A stretch of DNA of 64,000 bases, from positions 14,634 to 78,633 of the IMG/VR virus record IMGVR_UViG_3300028591_000171. One strand, 5' to 3'. Below, one piece after another: positions 29,909-40,000 of the stretch. The translations under genes were made by a program, and so were the position numbers. Below the pieces are notes generated by a model, which was given only the letters and a program-made list of their open reading frames with translations, made no database searches and had not been told where the DNA came from. Source of the DNA: a virus. Taxonomy: Duplodnaviria > Caudoviricetes. The number at the start of each line of letters is the position of its first letter. The stretch's first letter is position 1.

Positions 29909-32900
29909 TTATTTGAAAATATTGAACATGTAGTTGTAGTCTTTCATATCTATGACTTTCTGCACGTTATATAATGGTGTTATTGTATAAAGCGCTTTCG
30001 CTGATTTGGACCAGCCTTTATATCTTCCTGAGTTTATCTCATCCCAATATCCTCCAATATTGAAGATCTGTGTGATGCCCTCAAGTGTTTTGACTCCAGC
30101 CGCCGGCGACTGTACCAACGTGAACACGTTTTTCACGAATGTCGGAGGCCAAGGTGACAGTGCCCCAGTCTCGAGGTTGAGCCTTTTTGCTGAATAAGCC
30201 AAAAGTCTCCGCGCCCTGTCATCGTCGTCTTTCCAACCTTTTGTCATCGCGCAAATAAGCCACAACATACAAAGTGTGCTTATTTGGGTATACGCTATCC
30301 TTAAGGCTTTCTTATTCTCTGGAGTTAAATGATTGTTGTTTATCGCCTCTTTGATGCTCATGTTCTTCATGTCGTGTAACGTCCCCTGGAAGAACTTGAA
30401 CAGGCTGTAATAAACACCCTCCCTTTGAACCCCCATCACGGCGTCATAGTAGGGTCTTGAGTATAGCTTATTATACATCCCCCACATCCATTGCCTGAAC
30501 TGATTGAAAAACTGTAGCAGGACATGTTGGTTTATATTTCCCTTTTCAGCTTCGGAGTATCCGCCATGCATGCCGGCGTTAATGTTATTGATATAAATGG
30601 CAAGACCTTCAAATAACTTATCCTTGTCCTCTTTCTTTACTATGCCATCCGAGAATCCCCTTCCTACCAGAAACGCTTTTTTTGTGTCCAGGAATTGTAT
30701 ATCGTCATCGAGCTCAAGGCGCCACCCGTTTTTATCATGGACTTGCTTTATCACATCATAAAGACTAACCTCGCTATTGTCGCTCAGTCGTTTCACTTTC
30801 TCGTGTCTCAATACCATCAGCATGCCTGACGTGTGGAGATAATGCTCACCCATACTGTTGAGGAAAAACACGTTTCCCCTTCCCATCACTCTTTTCAACG
30901 CGCTGGGATTGAAATCCTTTTCTCTCATATCCCTGAAGAAATCCTCGCTCGAGTTGAATTGGTTTATAAGCATATACATCTTGTCATGCCTGTTGGCGGA
31001 ATTGAAATGTCCCATATATTCCGGGAGCAGTTTCCCATACTCCTTTTTAGCCCACGCGTAATCTTTCATCCCAAAATATCTTCCTGTTGTGGCTTCCTGG
31101 AGTATTTGTGTCTCTCCCTGCGTGATATTGGTTATACCGGACAACACGTTGAATCCGATTCTGGATACTGACGTTAACTTTAACAGGACATTCGCTATCG
31201 CGTCTCCGCTTACAGCCTTCCCTTTGATTCTGATAGGCAAATCACCAATCCGTTTCTTCGTCTCGTTAAAGAATTGCCTGTCTATGTATGTGGTTATAGC
31301 CTTGGCTGTATTTGTTCCTTCTCCACGTTTTGTCAACTGCCTGTAATATTCCCTGCCAGCCTGGATAAATGAATCAACAACGGGAATTCCACCATCGGTT
31401 TGTCTGACCTCATAGCCTTCATCTGTCGTGTCAGATACATAGTCTTGCATCAAAGACATCGCAGCCGCCAACTGGTTCATCTCGCCGTAATTGACAGCCA
31501 TCGCTATATAGTTAAACATGGCATGGGTCCCGTCAGTGCTGAGGTCCTTTTGGTTCTCAAGTTTCTGTATGAAGTAGACAGGAACTCTTTTGATTTCCCT
31601 ATTATTGAAATCAAGTGTCGTCTTGCGAGCCCTGTTTCCATAATCCATATTATCAGATGTGATGCTGTATTGCTTTTTCCAATTGCCCCATATTGTCCTT
31701 AACGCGTCTTTCGCTCCGTTATCGAACATTTGCGAGATCTCTTTACGGACCTGTGGAGCATTATACAATCCCTGCATCGCAATTGGGAGCAGGCTATCCA
31801 TCGCGGCTTTCATGCTTATCACGGAATCGTAATAGTTTTTCTGCTCCTGGGACCATCCCGACTGGAAGCCTCTCACTATATACATATCACTACCATCTTC
31901 CGCGTATTTTCTGGGCATCATCTCGGTGCGTCGTATACCGTTGGAGTCCGGCTCGCCAACCTCAATTTCCTCGGTATGCTCAGCATCCCATTTGTTTATC
32001 TGTTTTTGGATCGAGTAGTAATCCAGGTCGTCTCTCTCATCGAGGCTTTTGATAAACTCATTCCTGTCACGCTCGAATTTGGCGAAATCAACAGGGGCCA
32101 CATAATATCCCGTAGGTATCCCATTCTCGTCTTTCTGATAGATGAATTCGCTGTCGTGTCCAGCCGCTCTCAATCTGGCGTCGGCTTCCTGGAGTTTGGC
32201 GCATTCGTTATTAATCCTGCTGTTCCGTTTGGCTTGCTGGCTTACGACGATCTTATGGATCACGTTCAGAAGGGTGTTCCTTGAGTCTCCCGCTGAAAAC
32301 ACGTTAGTGTCCCACCACGACGTGTCACTGCTGGCATATCTGAGAATAGTGTCAACCGATTCGAATTTAGCCCTGTCAGATGCCTCAAATGTCTCAGGCG
32401 CGTTTCCCATGTCGCCGTAATAAAGAGTGATAAGTTGTTTCAGGACGGCATATCTCAGCTGCTTCATCTCGCTGTTTAGCAAGTTGAGTTTATCAAGGTA
32501 TTCCACGGAGAACTCCGCTATTCTCTCGGCGGCTTCCGGATCCATATTAACCTCTCCTTTCTCAACGTAATCCGGCATTTTTCTCAGCGTTGTAAGATAT
32601 GAAGAGTATCCGTTGATGACTGTGCTTATACGTCTCACCAACTCAGCCTCTTTACGTATCATATTAAGGTCAGTCGTGCCGTTATGGACAAACCCGAGCG
32701 TCTTGGACTCCCTTGTTATTTGTGCGGCCTCGTTACCGATATACCATAATATCCTGACGCAAGCGTTATAATATCTTTGTTTATCAATATCATCACGGAT
32801 GTTGGCTATTGATTTTCGCAAATCTTTGGTGTCAATGTCAGACTGCGTATTCTGAAGGATATATAGACGTTTTGACAACATAGCCTCACCTTCCTGCGTA

Positions 32901-34042
32901 ATCTGCTCAATCTTCTGGACCTGCTGGTTAAGATCGAATAGGTCCTCGGACTTCTCTATCAGCTCTTTGTCTATAACAGTGTCGATGTCATCGTTCTCGA
33001 CCATATCAGCGATTGGTCTTAAGGCATCAGCGGCGTTGAATATCAAATCATCGACCTCATCTGTCGAGACATTCTTCCTGAATAAGTTTTTGACGTATTC
33101 CCACAGGCGCTTCAACCTGGTTATTATATCCTTCCTATCGCTGATGGAGTCTATTGCCGATGTTTGTTCCGATCCGGTGGAATACATGCCGCTATCCCTT
33201 TTTAGCATAGCGGCCAAAGCTTTACCCTCAGCCTCATCCCTCAGTCTCTCAGCCACAGGAGTCTGTCCTTTTGAGTATCTCCTGTAATAGCTGTCATATT
33301 CACTCCCCAGGACATTTCTGACCACATCATCTGTAAACAGGTTATCAAGACGCGTTTTCATCTCGTGTCCGCGCAATCCGGCTAAAACAAGGTGAGACAC
33401 CTCCTCCGGTATCGAGTCTAATCCCTGTTCATTATTGGCCACCTTTATGACCGTTTTCAGATTGTCGACATTTCGTTCCGCGTTCTTGGGACTGAATACA
33501 GCCTCGTATGACGTGTCGTCCATAAAGCTGACGTCAAATCCCATCCTATTGATCAGGTCTATCAATTTGGTGTTGAGACGCCTTCTTTTCTCATCGCGAT
33601 CAGCCTCGGCTATATTTGTCGGAGTCTTTTCCTTGCGCTCAATTTTATATCTGCCGTCATTTGTCTCGGTTGTGATAGCGACTGATTCTTTGGATAATGA
33701 GTTATACCTCTCTTCTCTCGACATCGCGTCAGACGCCGAATCAAACACGGCATCTGAGCCATTATCTGACACTATCCCGGTATCTTTGGCTAATATATCG
33801 TCTTGCTTCGCTCTTGTGAGAGTGTCATCAAGTCCGATTATTTCCCTAAGCGCCTCGAATGTAATCTCACCATTCTCGTCAACGGGCTGGTCTGAGAACT
33901 CACTATTAAATAAATCTGTCCTCGTGAATCCCCATAAGCGTTTCGCGGCCTCCCTATCTTTAATGATAGAGTTTATATCACGGAAAAGCTGGCTTGGCTT
34001 GCCGTTCCTAGCCCTCGGTATATACAGGCATTTGTTACTCAT
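29909..34042 (-). CDS. Giant virion protein, crAss-like RNAP-associated
   Basis: 1377-aa ORF co-oriented with the RNAP gene and starting 1 nt after its stop; PEEVSHL and QFRQWMWGMYNK motifs. Confidence 0.8.
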   Translation of the reverse strand: MSNKCLYIPRARNGKPSQLFRDINSIIKDREAAKRLWGFTRTDLFNSEFSDQPVDENGEITFEALREIIGLDDTLTRAKQDDILAKDTGIVSDNGSDAVFDSASDAMSREERYNSLSKESVAITTETNDGRYKIERKEKTPTNIAEADRDEKRRRLNTKLIDLINRMGFDVSFMDDTSYEAVFSPKNAERNVDNLKTVIKVANNEQGLDSIPEEVSHLVLAGLRGHEMKTRLDNLFTDDVVRNVLGSEYDSYYRRYSKGQTPVAERLRDEAEGKALAAMLKRDSGMYSTGSEQTSAIDSISDRKDIITRLKRLWEYVKNLFRKNVSTDEVDDLIFNAADALRPIADMVENDDIDTVIDKELIEKSEDLFDLNQQVQKIEQITQEGEAMLSKRLYILQNTQSDIDTKDLRKSIANIRDDIDKQRYYNACVRILWYIGNEAAQITRESKTLGFVHNGTTDLNMIRKEAELVRRISTVINGYSSYLTTLRKMPDYVEKGEVNMDPEAAERIAEFSVEYLDKLNLLNSEMKQLRYAVLKQLITLYYGDMGNAPETFEASDRAKFESVDTILRYASSDTSWWDTNVFSAGDSRNTLLNVIHKIVVSQQAKRNSRINNECAKLQEADARLRAAGHDSEFIYQKDENGIPTGYYVAPVDFAKFERDRNEFIKSLDERDDLDYYSIQKQINKWDAEHTEEIEVGEPDSNGIRRTEMMPRKYAEDGSDMYIVRGFQSGWSQEQKNYYDSVISMKAAMDSLLPIAMQGLYNAPQVRKEISQMFDNGAKDALRTIWGNWKKQYSITSDNMDYGNRARKTTLDFNNREIKRVPVYFIQKLENQKDLSTDGTHAMFNYIAMAVNYGEMNQLAAAMSLMQDYVSDTTDEGYEVRQTDGGIPVVDSFIQAGREYYRQLTKRGEGTNTAKAITTYIDRQFFNETKKRIGDLPIRIKGKAVSGDAIANVLLKLTSVSRIGFNVLSGITNITQGETQILQEATTGRYFGMKDYAWAKKEYGKLLPEYMGHFNSANRHDKMYMLINQFNSSEDFFRDMREKDFNPSALKRVMGRGNVFFLNSMGEHYLHTSGMLMVLRHEKVKRLSDNSEVSLYDVIKQVHDKNGWRLELDDDIQFLDTKKAFLVGRGFSDGIVKKEDKDKLFEGLAIYINNINAGMHGGYSEAEKGNINQHVLLQFFNQFRQWMWGMYNKLYSRPYYDAVMGVQREGVYYSLFKFFQGTLHDMKNMSIKEAINNNHLTPENKKALRIAYTQISTLCMLWLICAMTKGWKDDDDRARRLLAYSAKRLNLETGALSPWPPTFVKNVFTLVQSPAAGVKTLEGITQIFNIGGYWDEINSGRYKGWSKSAKALYTITPLYNVQKVIDMKDYNYMFNIFK

Positions 34043-34043
34043 A

Positions 34044-37000
34044 TTAGCAGATATCTAGTTCGTTAAGAATATTGTCTATGGTATTGATTACAGATTCGGC
34101 TGAGTCTGAAGATATTCCTTTCCTGTTCATGAGATCAACCAACGCGTCTGTGGGTCTGTTCGCCAGAATCCAGTTGGCGGTTTGTATGATGAGGTTATCC
34201 ATGGCTGACGCCGGGTTTATGCTGGCCTTTTCATCCGATTCCATCACATCATATATCTCATCATAGACATCCTCTTCCATTGAGTCGATCACTTTGTCAG
34301 ACAATGTGTAGGACCTGTATGATTCCCTGGCTCCAGATAAAGGATACATACGCTCACCGAACAGCTCGGCTATTTCCTCTTTACTCGCTTCCCCGTGGAG
34401 TTTCCTTTTTGCGATTGAAATGATATCTCCGATCCTGACCGGTTGCCAGGCTCTATTCCCGCTTCTCTCAGCATCCTCAGGATTCTGTCCGCCATCGTCT
34501 GGCTCATTTTCGTTTTCTCTTCCATTTGATAAACTATTTATAACATTATAGACATCATAATCACTTATATTATCCTTTATGATAAAGTTGGCTGCTACCT
34601 TGTCTGACTTTATTAATCCCGCGCCACTCAATTCGCCCATGCTGGACTTAACTGTGTCTATTCCATTCATCATTGACGCTCTCAACGCTGTCATATCCGA
34701 AGGGTTGATATCTACGAAAAACCGCAATTCTTGCCTATTCCCATTGTATTCCCATTCCAGATGTGTTTTATTAGCGGCTGATATGACGCTTTCTTTATTC
34801 TGGGCGTATGCCTTATTATTGAGCTTCACGACAACCTCAACGGCGTTACATTCCTTTATATCTGATGTGTAAGTCTTTACTACAGGATTAATTGGTTTGT
34901 CGCTCAACGCATCCATTATGGCGGCGGTCTTGATAGCCTCACGATGCTGATCCATGGCGGAACCGTTTGGCTTGAGGTTTATGGAATACGTCGGTTTCCC
35001 GTCCTTAACCATTCTCTCAACCTGCCCATCTGACATTCCGAACAGGCTGGCTATCTTACTAATCCTCTTAAGGTGTCTTCTGCTCTCCAGGAATGCCGGC
35101 TCTCTATATGCCAACGGATCACTGGCTAATGCGTTCGGTATAGGGACCTCGACGTTATCGTCACCATAAGGGTTGGTTGATATGAATGTCCCGGAATATG
35201 TGTCGTCGTTGACGTTGGAATTTAGATACGCGGCGAATCCGCTTTCTTCAGCGTCATCTTGCATAGGCTCTATCGCGCTTGTCTCGTCTGATGACAGATT
35301 AGGGTCTGGGGCTTGTTCGCCCGTGTTGGCGAAAAGGCTCTCTCCATTATATACATCACCGAGTTTCACATATTCCAACATCTGGTTTGGTATACCCATT
35401 GGATCAACCATATCGACGCTTACAAGCAATTTATAATCATCGCCTTTCTTCACCCTTTCAACAGAGGTGTTGTTCACGAGGAAGAAATTACCGTCAACGT
35501 TTATCACCGGCATCGTTATGGTCAACTCGTTTTCACGTCCAGATATCCAGTTCTTTATCTTACCACCGAGTTTCTCATCTATCTCAAGGACAATTGTCTG
35601 ACCACCCTCAACCTCAGCCTGTGAGAATGTGACGACCTGTCTCTTCGGCTTGTTCTCGAAATACGGGACTATGCCTTTATCCCTTTGTGAGTTATTAAGG
35701 CACACTAAAGCCGTCAACTCGAACATGTCTTTTTCAGACATGGATGTCTTGTCGGCGTCAAAGAACGCTCTTGTGTAATTCGGTATCGCCTCCTTTATCG
35801 CCAACGGCATAACGGATATAGGTGTTGTGTTACTGAATGACGTCGACCTTGCCAAGAAATGTTTAGTTATATTTATGACAAAATCGTGTGTCTGAGGATA
35901 CCTCAAAAGGTCAGCCCAGTCTTTTTGGAACATCTCAAGCTCAGGTCCCCTCAGGTAATTGATATCTGTTTTCAACATACCGAATTGTCTGTAACCATCT
36001 TTCGAATCGAGATGACCTATACCCTGTATGAACGAGTTATTCTTTATGACGGTATTATAGAACGTCTCATCACTCTTTTTAATATCATCAAGGGTGTTTG
36101 TGTAGTATTCCTCGAAATCGGTTGTATAGAATTTCACTGTTTCCGGATTAGTGAAATCCTCTATCCTGTTTTCGCCAAGGAACAGCAAATAACTCTTATA
36201 CCCTTCGTATAATGTATTTAACTTGTCAACATTGTCTCCGGTCGTATCGCTGTCAAGAATACCGAGTTTCCTTGCCGCCTCAAAGAACGTCTCATTATAC
36301 GTGTGCATATTCTCGAGGATGATCTGGTCCGTCATTTCCTGTTCACCGAGGATAACCCTTCCCACATGAGGGAACATCGTGCAAAGCTTTCCGAACTCAT
36401 CCTGTGTGAATTCATCAGATATTGAGATGTTATCAGGTAGCTTTATTGTACTATTCTCGCTGTTAAGGTTATTGACGAGGCGTTCAATTTTCTTGCGGGC
36501 TACAAGCCTGTCGAAAAATGACGAGCCTTTCATCGCGGTCATTGAGTTGTATCTTGCGAATGAGTCCAGATTCCTCACTTTCGCCTCTTTACCTCTGAGC
36601 GTATCAAGGACTTGAAGTATTTTAAGCTTGTCGTATAATGTCTGGCTTTCAGGATCACTAATGTTTCTGACGAGATCGGAATAACGTAACGTGATATTCT
36701 GATCATGTTTAACGTCATTGATTTTAGCTACAAAATCCGTTTGCCAATTTTCCCATGACATGTTATCAGGTTTCTCTGTCTCGGCAAGCTCACTCAACAC
36801 ATCATCAATGGCGCTATCCATGCCGCCATGTCCGAACGCTGAGCTGATATTTATCTTATCCATAACTCGCCTTACGACAGGCTGAGCTATAAACATCCTC
36901 GCGACATCGCTTGATATACCAAGCCTATGCATGAGTATCAGGATAGGCATTGACTGTTGCGTTATGTTGAGCCTGTATAGAGCCGCATCCTTCGCGGCGT

Positions 37001-40000
37001 CTGCCGAAGCTCCCACATATTTTCCTATCTCGGCGCTGATTAACTTGTTATCCATATCGTTAATAGCGTCAAGTGTCACAGCGCCGCTAATTCTTTTCTC
37101 TGTTTGATGCTCGGGGTCTGAGTCATTTATGACTTTGAACGATTCTGTCACTGATTTGTCACTGCCCTCTTTGAATAACAGGCGTGTCGTGTTCTCTATC
37201 CTGCCAGAGGATACGCCTTCGTCATTATATACGGATATGAACGCGTGGGCTGTGACACCGACAGCGGCTATACCTATCATCTTGCTGGCATCCATATTCT
37301 GTTTCCTCAACAAAACGTCTGTTTTGGGGTCCATAAGATCCATATCCTCGACATCCTCGCATGCCGATTTGAGCCGTGATTTGCTCATCCCATCAAGGAT
37401 GTCCTTGTCGTATCCGTTCGCAAGAAGAGTAACGTAATACGACATCGCGCTCAAGTCATCAAAATCGCCAGGACGGAATCCCTCAAGTATTCCTGAGTTT
37501 GAGCCTAAAGCAGCCCATTGCAGGTCGAATATCTCCTTATCAACATCATAATCATCAGAACCATCGATAGGTCTCAATTCGACAAAATCAGTATCTATAT
37601 CAAAGTCGGCTCCAGTGAACAGAGTTAGCTCTTTAGGATACTTGGCAACGCTTCCGGCCCATGATGGGGTGAATCTCTTGATGCGGCATTTCATTATGGA
37701 GTATTTCATCTCCGTAGGGATACGGTAACAGATAGCGTCGAATGCGGAGTCTGGTACGACCTTATGGATCTCATCCATGTTCCAAGTCCCGTCGCTATTG
37801 AGGAACCTGTCGACACCTCCATCCGCCCTCTCGAGCATCCGAAGCACATAGTCAGGCATAGGAGCCTCTATCTCGAAATATTGATAGTTGCCGTCATTGT
37901 CAAATACTATACGTAGGTCGTCGGCGCTGGCCCATGACGTCGCCTGCACCACAACGCCGCCATTTGTTTTCTCCTTATAGTATGATTTTCTTATCTTCGA
38001 GTAGAGCATTGCCTCGACAGAAAGCTGCTGGCTCGGATCGTCAAGAGGGAGGACAAACTGGTCGACACCATCCCTGTTCACTATTGATATCGAACGTCTC
38101 ATATCAGACGTGAATCGCTGGTCTGACGCCATCGCAGACTTTAAAGTGTATGACAATCTGTGTATCCTGCTCGAATGCGGCATGTTAAGCCCGAGACTCC
38201 TCCTGAACTCTTTTTCGGAATTCATTGTCTTTTTGCTCAGCGCTTTGAAATACCTGTTTTTCAGTTCTTTGCCTGTTATCTTTTTACCATTAGGCATCAC
38301 GCAGGTCTCGTCATCCTTGATGTTGTTGACGCATAGGATTTTCATTTGGGCGCCAAGTGGCTGCGCGTTATGTTTGAAGTGCTCAGGTTTCTCCTGTACT
38401 ATCTTATAATCCTCTACATCATATTCAGTGACAGCTACTGGATTATCAGCGCGTCTAACCTTCTTGCCATCTTTAAGCACATAATTCCCGTTCTTGTCAG
38501 TCACATATAATGCCTCACGTAGAGCCTTTAATGTATCTTCAGCCGATAGCCCTTCGAGTTCTATCGCGTCATCATTCCCGCCGATCTTTACGGCTGAGTC
38601 GAAATTAGCGGTATCAATCCCTGTCAATTCATTATCCTCAGCTGTCTCCTCCAGGAATTTGGCTATCGCCTCAGCCTGTGAGCCAAGTTTCCCTTTTTGC
38701 TGGAACGCCGTTATGTATATCAGGGCATATTCTGAGTTCTTATGTTGCACAGGAACAGTTATCTGTCCGTCACCACGACCAGCCCTGTTCATGTTGACCA
38801 TTGAATAGACGAAAGGCTTTTGTGGCTGACCGAACACATGGAGATAGTCGTATATGTCGAGTTGTTTATTATTCTTTATCCTCTGATAGACAGCCTCGTC
38901 AGTATATATTTTAACTTCCTTCCCGTTTATTGTCGTGACACCATTGATGTCCTCGTCTCTTGAGTTTGACCTCGTCCATTTCCCCAGGCCAACCATTCTC
39001 TTGCGCAACCCTGTCAATCCTGTGAAAGCCTGTCCATCGGTAGCGTCAAATTTGGTGAGCGACTTCAGCGTGTTATCGACGGCCTTCTCCAAGACCGCTC
39101 TTTCGTTGTTGTCCGTTATTTTTTCGAGTTGCTTCCTGAGCGCTGATTCTATAGCGTCGTATGACGGGGCTTTTATTTTCTTTGTCCTTATTGTTATTGA
39201 CCTGTATTTCCCGTCAGTCACTCTCGAGCCATGTATTTTAGCTGTCGGGTCTATGGGATATCCTGCGGATACGACCTGCGCGTTACGTTTCTGGAAGTTG
39301 GTGGTGTTCTTATAGAACGCCAGGTCAACATCGAATATTTCCGACATATTGGCTTTAGCCAGCCAGTTATTGTAAACGAATTCCTCGATGTCATTCTGGA
39401 AATTCGCGAGTTCCATATAATATCTGTGAACTCTCGTGTCTTTGCCGTAAGTCTCGTCGGTGTATCCGTCTTTCAGAGCCATCTGTTTGGCTGCCTCAGA
39501 GCTGAATTCATATAACCTCTTCGTATAACCTATATCACCGCTGTGCCATTCCATCATATTGCCTATGAGGTATTTCAGCGTATCAATCTTGATGTTGCCA
39601 TTATCGCCGGCGTTAATCGTCTTCTTCTCATAGGCTCCGATGCTCTTCATGTAATCAGAGAATTTGTCACGCAACTCTGACATGTAGTCATGGAACACCT
39701 TTTTGTATTCAGAACTGGCCTTGGGCGTTATCACTCGTACAGGTTTGGTTGACAGATGAGAGTTGAAGATTCTGTCAACAACATATTTCCCCAATTCCGA
39801 ACCTTTCTCTATCTCGTTGTTGATAAACTTGCTCATGAAGAACGAGGCTCCGGTGTTGCGGAATATATATTTACCGTCTTTCACAACATCGTTGATTGAG
39901 ACTTTCTTCTTGTCTCTCATCTTATTGATGACAGCCTCTTTCTCCGGGGTGTTTATTTCTATATCGTAATTGTCTACTCTCGTGCCGGTTCCAAACGCCG